Of a DNA stretch of 64,000 nucleotides, positions 37,525 through 46,704 are shown in pieces; the stretch's first letter is position 1, and each line of letters opens with the position of its first letter. The notes under the pieces were generated by a model, which made no database searches, was not told where the DNA came from, and saw only the letters and a list, made by a program, of their open reading frames with translations. The DNA comes from an uncultured Gemmatimonadaceae bacterium. GTDB lineage: Bacteria > Gemmatimonadota > Gemmatimonadetes > Gemmatimonadales > Gemmatimonadaceae. The stretch lies in the NCBI GenBank assembly GCA_963817955.1, contig CAWFQK010000003.1, positions 32,001 through 96,000 on the forward strand, written 5' to 3'. The translations under genes and the position numbers were made by a program.

Positions 37525-38916
37525 ATGGATGACGGAGTAGAGGTTCCTGTGATCGCGCGGCTCCGCGCGAGTCATGATCGCATTCTTGGCGAGCTGATTC
37601 AGTTCGCGTCGATCGCCAGCGTGAGCACGGACCCGGCTCACGCCGCCGACATGGGTGCGGCGGCGGAATGGGTCGCTTCGGCGCTGGCGTCTGCCGGCCC
37701 GTTTACGGTCCGCACCATGCCCACGCCTGGCAATCCTGTGGTGTATGGCGAATGGCTCGGTGCGCCGGGTGCACTGACGGTACTCGTCTACGGCCATTAC
37801 GACGTGCAGCCGGAAGATCCATTAGAAAAGTGGCAGAGTCCACCGTTCGTTCCAACGGTGCGCGACGGGCGGCTCTTTGCGCGCGGCGTATCGGACGACA
37901 AGGGACCGATGTTGATCCCGATCAAGGTTGCCGAGGCATTCTTCGCGACGGCGGGCCGTTTGCCGATCAATGTGAAATGCCTGTTCGAGGGAGAGGAAGA
38001 AATCGGCAGCCCCAGCCTGGATGCATTCATTGCGCAGCACAAAGAGCTGCTCGCTGCGGACGTCGTGATTTCGGCGGACGGCGCCATGTGGCGCATCAAC
38101 GAGCCGTCGCTCACGGTGGCGAGCCGCGGGCTTGCCGGACTGGAGCTCACGCTCACCGGCGCATCAAAGGACTTGCATTCGGGGCGACATGGCGGCGGCA
38201 TCGCCAACCCCCTGCACGCCATGGCACGCCTCATCGCGACGCTGCACGAGCCGAACGGTCGCGTTGCCGTCGCTGGATTCTACGATAAGGTGCGCGAGCT
38301 CACGATGGCGGAGCGCGCCGATATCGCGGCCCTGCCATTCGACGAGGGGGCCTATCTCGCGCAGGTCGGAGCGCCGGCGGCATTCGGTGAGCCAGGGTAC
38401 ACGACGCTGGAGCGTCAATGGACGCGGCCGACGCTCGAGGTCAACGGCATGTGGGGTGGCTACGAGGGGCCGGGGCAGAAGACGGTGATCCCCACGGAGG
38501 CGCATGCAAAGATCACCTGCCGCTTGGTGCCGGATCAGGATCCGGACGATATCGTATCTCTGGTGACACGTCACCTGGAGTCTCATGTTCCGCCGGGCAC
38601 GCGATTGTCGATTGCCGCAAGCGATCATGGTGCGCGCCCGTCGCACATTGAGTCAGATCATTTCGCCTTGAAAGCCGCGGACGCTGCGTTGCACGCCGTC
38701 TATGGAGTGCGACCGTTGGTCGTCCGCATGGGCGGCACTGTGCCAATCGGGGAATTGTTCCAGCGTCACATGGGTCTGGATACCGTGTTCTTCTCGTTCT
38801 CGACCGCCGACGAAGACTATCACGCACCGAACGAGTTCTTTCGTGTGCACCGGTTGCACGAAGGGCTGGAGGCGTGGGCGCGCTACTGGAAGATTCTCGG
38901 CGAGGTGCGCTCCTGA
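37525..38916 (+). CDS. M20-family metallo-dipeptidase
   Basis: YGHYDVQP, ARGVSDDKG, EGEEEIGS, DLHSG, HAPNE motifs. Confidence 0.92.
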   Translation: MDDGVEVPVIARLRASHDRILGELIQFASIASVSTDPAHAADMGAAAEWVASALASAGPFTVRTMPTPGNPVVYGEWLGAPGALTVLVYGHYDVQPEDPLEKWQSPPFVPTVRDGRLFARGVSDDKGPMLIPIKVAEAFFATAGRLPINVKCLFEGEEEIGSPSLDAFIAQHKELLAADVVISADGAMWRINEPSLTVASRGLAGLELTLTGASKDLHSGRHGGGIANPLHAMARLIATLHEPNGRVAVAGFYDKVRELTMAERADIAALPFDEGAYLAQVGAPAAFGEPGYTTLERQWTRPTLEVNGMWGGYEGPGQKTVIPTEAHAKITCRLVPDQDPDDIVSLVTRHLESHVPPGTRLSIAASDHGARPSHIESDHFALKAADAALHAVYGVRPLVVRMGGTVPIGELFQRHMGLDTVFFSFSTADEDYHAPNEFFRVHRLHEGLEAWARYWKILGEVRS

Positions 38917-40397
38917 AAATTTCTGCCACCGATTCCAACGTCGCCCTGACTCCAGCGTCCGACAGCGGCCACGCTGGGGTTGCGCAATCCGAGCTCGCCC
39001 GAGCCGAGGCGCGCGTCGAGGCACATAGCGCGTCGCTCAAGAAAGAGTTGGGCATCCGCGACCTCGTCCTCACCCAGATCCTCTTCATCGTGGGGCTGGC
39101 ATGGATCGGCGTCGCCGGAAAGCTCGGCCCCTCGCACGTCGTGTTGTGGCTGGGTGCGCTCGTGCTGTTCTACCTGCCGTCAGCCGCGGTGGTGATGTAC
39201 CTGAACAAACTGATGCCACTCGAGGGCGGGCTATACCAGTGGGCGAAGCTCGGATTCAATGAGACGGTTGGCTTTCTGCTCGCGTGGAACCTGTGGCTCT
39301 ACGTGATCGTGTTCACGTCGGAGATCGGTCTGCAGTGCGCGACGTACCTGTCCTATGCACTGGGACCGAGTGCGGCCTGGATGACGAAGAGTACACCGTT
39401 TGTGGCGTTGTCGTCGGCCGTAATCCTTTCGATGATGGTCGTGGCATCGACGATCGGGTTATCGGTGGGAAAGTGGGTCCACAACATTGGCGGCGTCATG
39501 ATGTTGGTGATCTTCGGCGCCCTGCTGGTGTTGCCCGTGCTCAGTCTGCTCACCGGTCATCTGCACGAGTATCATCCTTTTCGCACGAGCGTTCCGGCAT
39601 TCTCATTGTTCAACCTGAACATACTCGGCAAGCTGGGATTTGGTGCGCTCGGCGGATTCGAGTACGTCGCGATTCTCGCGGGCGAGACCAGAGCACCGGG
39701 CAAATCGGTCGGCCGATCCGTGCTCATAGCGGCGCCAGTGATTGCGCTCATGTTCGTACTTGGTACGAGCACCGTCGTCGCGTTCATCCCGGCGAACGAC
39801 ATCGATCTGGTCGGACCATTGCCGCAGGTGCTCCGCGTCGGGTTTGGTCCGTTCGGCATTGCGGCGCAGCTCGTGACTGTCGCGATCCTGATGACGCTGG
39901 CGATGCGCGTGGCGCAGGTGAGCGTGAGCTTTACCGCGGTGGCGCGCCTGCCGATGGTTGCTGGGTGGGACCGCCTGCTTCCGGCATGGTTCAGCCGGTT
40001 GCACGCGAAGTATCAGACGCCGGTGAACTCGATCGTGCTCGTTGGCGTATGCTCGTTCGGCATCTCGTTGTTGAGTCTCATTGGCGTGGGGCAGGCCGAA
40101 GCGTTCCAGTTGCTGTTCAACGCGGGCGGAATGTTCTACGCCCTCACGTACGTCGTGATGTTCGCGATCCCGTTATTTGGACTTCACGGCCTGTCGCCTC
40201 GACCGCCGCTGTGGCTCAGGGTGGTATCGACGTCGGGGCTTCTGATGACGGTGCTCTACATTGTGCTCTCTGTTTTCCCGATCATCCAGGTGGCGAGCGT
40301 GGCGACGTTCGCGTTCAAGATCATGCTGGTGATCGTCGCGGCGAATGCGGTAGGAATAGTCATCCTGCTTTCGGCGAGGCGGCGGGCGGCACGGTGA
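38913..40397 (+). CDS. APC-family amino acid permease (start uncertain)
   Basis: About 12 TM; EGGLYQW, GGFE....LAGE, LPAWFSRLH...TP motifs. Confidence 0.85.
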   Translation: MKISATDSNVALTPASDSGHAGVAQSELARAEARVEAHSASLKKELGIRDLVLTQILFIVGLAWIGVAGKLGPSHVVLWLGALVLFYLPSAAVVMYLNKLMPLEGGLYQWAKLGFNETVGFLLAWNLWLYVIVFTSEIGLQCATYLSYALGPSAAWMTKSTPFVALSSAVILSMMVVASTIGLSVGKWVHNIGGVMMLVIFGALLVLPVLSLLTGHLHEYHPFRTSVPAFSLFNLNILGKLGFGALGGFEYVAILAGETRAPGKSVGRSVLIAAPVIALMFVLGTSTVVAFIPANDIDLVGPLPQVLRVGFGPFGIAAQLVTVAILMTLAMRVAQVSVSFTAVARLPMVAGWDRLLPAWFSRLHAKYQTPVNSIVLVGVCSFGISLLSLIGVGQAEAFQLLFNAGGMFYALTYVVMFAIPLFGLHGLSPRPPLWLRVVSTSGLLMTVLYIVLSVFPIIQVASVATFAFKIMLVIVAANAVGIVILLSARRRAAR

Positions 40398-40540
40398 GGT
40401 CGAGTAGGCGTGTGCTCGGCGTTCTGCACTTCAGGCGCTGACGTTGCCGATCTGAGCGAACAGCTTCGCCGCCGCCTTGGACCGAAATGGGTACACGCTG
40501 TTGCGAAGACCCAACTGGTCTTGATGGACAGGCGACAGTG

Positions 40541-40561
40541 TTGTACAGTACACTTGTACAA
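40541..40561. promoter_or_regulatory. Putative YefM operator (two TGTACA palindromes)
   Basis: TGTACA at 40542-40547 and 40555-40560 upstream of yefM. Confidence 0.65.
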
Positions 40562-40612
40562 GCAATAGCACTCTGGGCGGCCTGGAGAGGACACTCACTC
40601 ACGGAGTGAAGG

Positions 40613-40891
40613 ATGGGAACCGCCAGCTACAGCCATCTTCGCGAGCACCTCGCTGAGGTGTGGGACGAGGTTGAGGCGACGCAGGAACCGGTGATCGTCA
40701 GCCGGCGCGGGCACCGGGACATCGCGATCCTGCCCGCGGACGAACTGGAATCCCTCCGCGAGACCGCGCACCTCATGCGCTCGCCGGCCAACGCACGGCG
40801 ACTGCTCGCGGCGATTGCTCGTGCGCAGAGCGGCAAGGGCAAGGTGGTGGACCCCCAGGGACTGCGTCGGGAGCTCGAGCTCACCGACTGA
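40613..40891 (+). CDS. yefM: Type II TA antitoxin, Phd/YefM family
   Basis: SYSHLREHL, EPVIVSR, ESLRETAHLMRSPANARRL motifs. Confidence 0.92.
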   Translation: MGTASYSHLREHLAEVWDEVEATQEPVIVSRRGHRDIAILPADELESLRETAHLMRSPANARRLLAAIARAQSGKGKVVDPQGLRRELELTD

Positions 40892-40917
40892 CCGGCACGA
40901 CCCGATACGGGTACGCA

Positions 40918-41217
40918 ATGCCACGGAAGCAAAAGTCCGGCGCTGTCGAGGGCGGCCAGAAGAGACAGTGTGTGCTCGACCCCGATTTCCGGGAGGACCT
41001 CGAGTGGTGGGTCCAGACCAAACCGCGCGTGGCGCTCCGCTTGCTCGAGCTGGTCGAGGCTACGCTTCGCGAGCCGTTCAGTGGCATGGGTAAGCCAGAG
41101 CCGCTGAAGCAGCTAGGCTCGAACGTGTGGTCGCGGCGTCTGACCGAAGAGCACCGGGTCGTGTACGTCGTGCACGACGCTCAGATCGTGTTCGTGCAGG
41201 GACGGTATCACTACTGA
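40918..41217 (+). CDS. yoeB: Type II TA toxin, YoeB/Txe family mRNA interferase
   Basis: EDLEWW, PFSGMGKPEPLK, WSRRLTEEHR.VY, C-terminal RYHY. Confidence 0.93.
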   Translation: MPRKQKSGAVEGGQKRQCVLDPDFREDLEWWVQTKPRVALRLLELVEATLREPFSGMGKPEPLKQLGSNVWSRRLTEEHRVVYVVHDAQIVFVQGRYHY

Positions 41218-41238
41218 CTACAGCTCCCTCTACAAAGC

Positions 41239-41270
41239 AAAAGGCACTCGGCTTTCGCTGAGCGCCTTTT
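41239..41270. terminator. Bidirectional intrinsic terminator between yoeB and tRNA-Phe
   Basis: AAAAGGCACTCGGC-TTTC-GCTGAGCGCCTTTT. Confidence 0.7.
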
Positions 41271-41288
41271 GTGATGTTCTCCCCATGA

Positions 41289-41361
<73 letters not shown>

Positions 41362-41760
41362 TTAAGCCGTTCAATTTATTCGAGTTACTGTTGCCATGTC
41401 AACGCCCAGGAACCGCTGCCGCCGCAGTTGACGCAGGCCCCAGCCGCCAACTGGAAGGCATGTGACCCGGACAGCCCCTCGCAGCGTTGGATGGTCAGCA
41501 GGGATGGGTCGTTGCTGTGAGAATTTCTCTCGCATGACCGGCCCATAGAACATACATTGTGGTCTTTCCGCCGATCTCAGTCCGGCTTGAGTCTACCCTC
41601 CGCTCTATATGGTAACGAAACCGTTACCGTTGGCCGAGCAGCCAGGCGACAATCTCTTTTCAGTTTTTCAGGACTGCCCACGCGCTCCACTCCCGCGAGC
41701 CGTGTGGACACGGGCGATGCCGAGGTTCGGCATCACACTTTACGAGGACAAACCCACCGT

Positions 41761-44700
41761 ATGAAGATTCCACGTTCGACGCTATGGGGCGCCGTGATGA
41801 TAGCGGCGTTGTTTGGCGGCGCCACTCGGCTCGCCGCGCAGGGCGTTACGACGGGTGCAGTTAGCGGCACAGTCACGAATGCTCAGGGTCAGGTGATCGA
41901 GGCCGCCCAGGTCCAGATCACCAACCGGAATACCGGTTCCCGGGCAGGCGCAGTAACGCGCGCCGACGGACGGTACTACGTGCAGGGCCTGGAAACGGGC
42001 GGCCCATACGTCGTCAGCGTCCGTCGCATAGGCTATACGCCGCACGACAGCACCATCCAAAAGATCTCGCTTGGCCAGAACGTGCGGCTGGATCTCGTTC
42101 TGCAAACGCAAGCAGCGCAACTCGCGGGCGTTCAAATCGTCTCGGCCACGCCGAGCGCCGTGATTTCATCGTCGCATCAGGGCACGTTGACGACCGTCAC
42201 CGATTCGGCGATCGCGCGCCTTCCAACCCTGAGCCGCAACTTCACCGACTTCGTCGCGCTCACCCCGCAGGTATCGACGAAGGGTCCGGGCAATTCCGGC
42301 GCCGGCCAGAATAACCGCTTCAACGCGATTCAGATCGACGGCGCGGTCGGCAACGACATGTTCGGCCTGAGCTCAACGCTCCAGCCGGGTGGACTCGCCG
42401 ACGCCAAACAGATCTCGCTCGAGGCGGTGAAGGAATACCAGGTACTGCTGTCGCCGTTTGATGTGCGCCAGGGGTACTTCTCCGGTTTCCTGGTGAACGC
42501 CGTCACGAAGAGCGGCTCCAACGAGTTCCACGGCACGAGCACCTACGCATACCGGAGCGAGCAGACGGAGCGCAACGTCCCCTACCTCCGCAGCGCACCC
42601 TTCAACGTGAAGCAGGAAGGCTTCTGGATGGGTGGCCCGATCTTGAAAGACAAGATCTTCTTCTCGGTCGCGCCGGAGTTTCAGCAACGGCAGACGCCGC
42701 AGTCCGGTCCGTACTGGGGCCAGCCGGCCTCGCTCACGCCGCTTCCTGCCATCACGTCGGCGGGCATCGACAGCGTCGTCAGCGTGCTCAAGTCGAAGTA
42801 CGGGTTCACCGACCCGGGTAATGGCAACCTCGTGACCAACGGCAACCCGCTGACGAACATGTTCGCGCGGTTGGACTTCGTGAACCTGCCAGGCAACAGC
42901 CGCCTGGTCGCGCGGTACAACTATGCGGGTGCCCAGAGCGACCAGGGTCTGTCGCGCAGCAATTCGAGTCTCTCGCTCTCGAACGCCGGCTACACCATGC
43001 GGTCGGTCACCAACAGCGGGCTCGCCCAGCTCTTTTCCAACTTCTCCAACGGCAGCTCCAACGAGGCGCTGTTCGGCTACACCACGATTCGCGATAAGCG
43101 CCTGACGCCGATCCAGGCGCCGTTCGTGACGATTTCTCGTATGCAAGACCCGAACAATGGCACCGGGTCGATCAAGGCCGGCACCGAGAACTCCTCACAG
43201 GGCAATGAGCTCGACCAGAACATTCTCGAGATCAGCGACAGCTACACGATTCCGTTGAAGAGTCACCGGATTACGATCGGCACGAAGAACGAGTTTTATA
43301 GCGTGCGGAATTTGTTCTCACAGAATTCCCTCGGCAACTTCACCTTCGGCACGATCGACTCCCTGATCAACAACACCCCGAGCTCGGCGACGTTGGGCAT
43401 CAACATGGACAAGCTCAACGGTCTCACGACCGACGGCGCGGCGCGCTTCCATGCTCGCACGCTGGGTGCCTATATCTCCGATGAATGGCAGCCGAGCGCG
43501 AACCTCGCTGTCACCATGGGAGTGCGGCTGGACATGCCGGGACTCACGGACAGCCCGGGCTTGAACGCCAATATCCAGAATACCCTGGGCATCAACACGA
43601 CCCAGGTGCCGACGAGCGCGAAGGAATGGCAGCCGCGTCTCGGGTTCAACTGGGATATGACCGGCGATCAGGTCAATCAACTTCGCGGCGGATCGGGGTA
43701 CTTCATGTCGCAGCCCGCGTACGTATGGTTGAGCAATCTGTTCGGCAACTCTGGCGTGAACGGATACGGCAACCTCACGTGCTCCGGTATGTCGGCCGCT
43801 CCGGCGATGCCGAACGCCGGATCGCCCATCGCCACCAACTGCAAGAACTCGACGGGTTCACCGGCCGTGACGGTCAATACCGTTGACCCGAACCTCAAGT
43901 TCCCCGAGGTCTGGCGCAGCACCCTCGGGTACGATCGCCGGCTTCCCTGGAACGTGATCGCGACCGTTGAAGGCATGTACACACGTTCCGTGTACAACTT
44001 CTACTATCAGAACATCGGCATGGTCGCCAACCCGATCGGACAGGACATCCACGGTCGCCAACTCTACGGCGACATCACGTCGGCCACCAGCAACATGGTC
44101 GTCTCCCGGCGCCCGATCCCCGGAACGACGCAATTCCTCGGCGACGTCATCAACCTCTCGAACACCGCCACGAAGGACTACTCGTACAACTTCACGGGCA
44201 CCCTGCAGAAGCGGTTCTCGAACTCGTTCGAGGGTTCGGCCTCGTATATCTACGGACACGCGTACGACGTCTACGATCTCACGTCTTCGGTCGCGTACTC
44301 CAACTGGTCGTACGGCCGATCGTACGCCGGTCGTCAGGACGCGCAGGAGTTGGCGTACTCGAAGTGGGACTCGCCACATCGGTTCGTCGTCTCTGGGACC
44401 TATAGCTTGCCGACCAAGACCGACCTGTCGATGACCTTCTTCGCCGATGCAGGAACGCCGTTCGAGTATATCTACAACAACGACATGAACGGCGATGGCT
44501 CATACGGCAACGATCTGGTGTACGTGCCGACCAATGCGCACACGGCGAGCGAAATTCAGTTCTCGCAGAACGGGAACCTGACGCCGGCCATGCAGGCCGA
44601 TTCGTTGGAGAATTTCATTTCCTCGCACGACTGCCTGAACTCGCAGCGCGGCACGATCATGAAGCGCAATTCCTGTCGGACGCCGTGGACCAAGTCCATG

Positions 44701-44997
44701 AACCTGTCGGCTCGGCAGTCGCTCAGCACGATCGGCGCGCAGCACTTCATTCTGCAGGTTGACGTGTTCAACTTCCTCAACCTGTTGAACAAGAATTGGG
44801 GTGCGCAGGATCTCGGCAGCACCAATAGCCCGTATCTCCTGAACCGGCGCTCGTACGTGCAGCCCACCACCGGCCAGCCGATGAAGGTCGCGAGTGGCGC
44901 GACGCCGGTGTTCAACTACTCGAACTTCAACCAGTTCAACACGAATAACGCCGCGTCGAACTACGCGCTACAATTTCAGCTCAAGTACACGTTCTGA
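41761..44997 (+). CDS. TonB-dependent receptor, Oar-like, with N-terminal carboxypeptidase-regulatory-like domain
   Basis: Signal peptide, LPTLSRNFTDF plug, VNAVTKSGSNEFHG, QPRLGFNWD, C-terminal LKYTF. Confidence 0.9.
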   Translation: MKIPRSTLWGAVMIAALFGGATRLAAQGVTTGAVSGTVTNAQGQVIEAAQVQITNRNTGSRAGAVTRADGRYYVQGLETGGPYVVSVRRIGYTPHDSTIQKISLGQNVRLDLVLQTQAAQLAGVQIVSATPSAVISSSHQGTLTTVTDSAIARLPTLSRNFTDFVALTPQVSTKGPGNSGAGQNNRFNAIQIDGAVGNDMFGLSSTLQPGGLADAKQISLEAVKEYQVLLSPFDVRQGYFSGFLVNAVTKSGSNEFHGTSTYAYRSEQTERNVPYLRSAPFNVKQEGFWMGGPILKDKIFFSVAPEFQQRQTPQSGPYWGQPASLTPLPAITSAGIDSVVSVLKSKYGFTDPGNGNLVTNGNPLTNMFARLDFVNLPGNSRLVARYNYAGAQSDQGLSRSNSSLSLSNAGYTMRSVTNSGLAQLFSNFSNGSSNEALFGYTTIRDKRLTPIQAPFVTISRMQDPNNGTGSIKAGTENSSQGNELDQNILEISDSYTIPLKSHRITIGTKNEFYSVRNLFSQNSLGNFTFGTIDSLINNTPSSATLGINMDKLNGLTTDGAARFHARTLGAYISDEWQPSANLAVTMGVRLDMPGLTDSPGLNANIQNTLGINTTQVPTSAKEWQPRLGFNWDMTGDQVNQLRGGSGYFMSQPAYVWLSNLFGNSGVNGYGNLTCSGMSAAPAMPNAGSPIATNCKNSTGSPAVTVNTVDPNLKFPEVWRSTLGYDRRLPWNVIATVEGMYTRSVYNFYYQNIGMVANPIGQDIHGRQLYGDITSATSNMVVSRRPIPGTTQFLGDVINLSNTATKDYSYNFTGTLQKRFSNSFEGSASYIYGHAYDVYDLTSSVAYSNWSYGRSYAGRQDAQELAYSKWDSPHRFVVSGTYSLPTKTDLSMTFFADAGTPFEYIYNNDMNGDGSYGNDLVYVPTNAHTASEIQFSQNGNLTPAMQADSLENFISSHDCLNSQRGTIMKRNSCRTPWTKSMNLSARQSLSTIGAQHFILQVDVFNFLNLLNKNWGAQDLGSTNSPYLLNRRSYVQPTTGQPMKVASGATPVFNYSNFNQFNTNNAASNYALQFQLKYTF

Positions 44998-45016
44998 GAA
45001 CCTGATGGAACAAGAG

Positions 45017-45049
45017 ACGGGGCTGCCGACCAGGCAGCCCCGTTTTTTT
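45017..45049 (+). terminator. Intrinsic terminator of the TonB-dependent receptor gene
   Basis: ACGGGGCTGCC-GACCA-GGCAGCCCCGT followed by a T run. Confidence 0.88.
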
Positions 45050-45088
45050 CTGTTCATGAACTCCGGCACGACGTCCGGATGATCCATT

Positions 45089-45487
45089 TCACGGACGCTT
45101 GGCTCCCACGCTTGCGGTAATGACGGACTTGATACCGCCACGAATGTTGAAGTCGCCGACAATTTCCATCCAACGCGGTTTTGCCGCCGTCGCCAAGTCG
45201 TCGAGTATGCGATTCACGGCGCGCTCGTAGAAGATGCCGTCGTCGCGGAAGCTCCATAGGTAGAGCTTGAGGCTCTTCAGCTCGAGGCAGACATCGTCCG
45301 GGACATAGGTGATGTAGATCGTCCCGAAATCCGGCGCGCCGCCGCTGAGAACGCGTAGCTCGTCGGCATCACTCTCGATGCCGCCGAGCGGGCAGAGCGA
45401 CGTGAACTCAGGGCACTCCATGGCGATCTCGTAATCGCGTCCGGGATAAGGGTTCGGGAAGGTTTCGAGGATTTCTGGTTTGGGCAT
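45089..45487 (-). CDS. queF: NADPH-dependent 7-cyano-7-deazaguanine reductase (type I)
   Basis: LETFPNP, PEFTSLCP...PDF, ELKSLKLYL, FNIRGGI motifs. Confidence 0.9.
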   Translation of the reverse strand: MPKPEILETFPNPYPGRDYEIAMECPEFTSLCPLGGIESDADELRVLSGGAPDFGTIYITYVPDDVCLELKSLKLYLWSFRDDGIFYERAVNRILDDLATAAKPRWMEIVGDFNIRGGIKSVITASVGAKRP

Positions 45488-45499
45488 TGGGCGGGGAGC

Positions 45500-45549
45500 G
45501 AGACACGAGACAACGGGACACGGGACACGGGACACGTGACACGGGACAC
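45500..45549. repeat. G(G/A/T)GACAC heptamer array, 7 units
   Basis: Read directly from sequence, 12 nt upstream of the queF start. Confidence 0.92.
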
Positions 45550-45558
45550 TGATACTCT

Positions 45559-45593
45559 AAAGAAAGAGCCCCCCTGGGCTACGCCAGGGGGGC
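45559..45593 (-). terminator. Intrinsic terminator upstream of queF
   Basis: Perfect 10-bp GC stem GCCCCCCTGG/CCAGGGGGGC followed by TCTTTCTTT on the minus strand. Confidence 0.75.
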
Positions 45594-45711
45594 AAGACCG
45601 CCACGCCGTTCTCGCGGCGGCAATGACCAGCGCATAGCGCCAGCCCATCCTCAATATGAAGCGTGGTACAGGGCGCCGCCAGAGCGTTCTTGTGATGGGC
45701 TCGCTGACTTC

Positions 45712-46629
45712 TTAATTCCTGTCCGTTCTGAACTTTTTCGACATCTCCTCCAGCACCGTCCGCTCTTCAGTCGTCAGGCTCTCGATGCCCTCTTCGGAGA
45801 TCTTGTCGAGTACGCGGTTGAGCTCGTCGGGCTTGGGCTGATGTCGCTGTGGCGACGGGGCGAGAGACGCGACGCGCTGTGAGGCAATCGCTTTGCTCTT
45901 TGCCACGATGTCGTCCACTTCGTCGCCCCGCTCTCGCCGCGGCATGTTGCGCGGAATGGCGCGGGGCGGCTCGTCGGCGTCGGGAAGATTGGCTACCCGC
46001 TGGCGCACGTGGTCCATGCTGGTCGACATCGCCATGCGCACGTAGATGTAGCCGACGATCGCGCCGCCGATGTGGGCGAAGTAGGCGATGTTCGTCCCCT
46101 CGGTGGTGCCGAGAATGCCAAGCACGAGGTTGAACAGCACCAGGCCGACAACCAGCGTACGCACGCGCATGGGCACGACGAACATCAGGTACACCTCGTC
46201 GTCGGGCCACTGCATGGCGTAGGCGGTCATCACACCGAATACGGCAGCCGAGGCGCCGACGATCTGGCCGCCACGCATGAACAGCATCTCGAACGCGACA
46301 CCGCCGAAACCGCAGATGAGATAGAACCAGGTAAAACGGCGGTTGCCCCAGGCATGCTCCACGCGCGGACCAAAGAGGTACAAGCCATACATGTTAGCCG
46401 CGAGGTGCCACAAACCGGCATGGACGAACACGTACGTGATCGGCGACCACCAGTGGCCGGGCAGCGCCAGACTATCGAAGCCGAACCAAGCGGCCATGTC
46501 GCCGTAGCCTACCACAGTCATCTGCAGGAAGCTCACCGCGACGTTGATCGCGATGAGCGCCTGTACGGCGTGAGTCTGCCGAGGCGGGTCCTGCTCGAAT
46601 GTTCTTGGTGCGGCGGCCGGATACGACAT
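45712..46629 (-). CDS. Rhomboid family intramembrane serine protease with C-terminal cytoplasmic domain
   Basis: H...WHL..NM, GASAAV, AHIGG; C-terminal LNRVLDKISEEGIESLT. Confidence 0.92.
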   Translation of the reverse strand: MSYPAAAPRTFEQDPPRQTHAVQALIAINVAVSFLQMTVVGYGDMAAWFGFDSLALPGHWWSPITYVFVHAGLWHLAANMYGLYLFGPRVEHAWGNRRFTWFYLICGFGGVAFEMLFMRGGQIVGASAAVFGVMTAYAMQWPDDEVYLMFVVPMRVRTLVVGLVLFNLVLGILGTTEGTNIAYFAHIGGAIVGYIYVRMAMSTSMDHVRQRVANLPDADEPPRAIPRNMPRRERGDEVDDIVAKSKAIASQRVASLAPSPQRHQPKPDELNRVLDKISEEGIESLTTEERTVLEEMSKKFRTDRN

Positions 46630-46704
46630 ACGTCCTACTATACCGATGAAAGGGCTGCTCTAACTAACGACTTGGAGAGAGGGGTTCCGGTCACCGCATC
46701 GCAC

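Noticed and set aside
45550..45711. Canonical preQ1-I riboswitch, 6S RNA or SRP RNA
   Set aside because: No A-rich tail or consensus loop of preQ1-I, no long 6S-like rod, no SRP GGAA tetraloop motif seen
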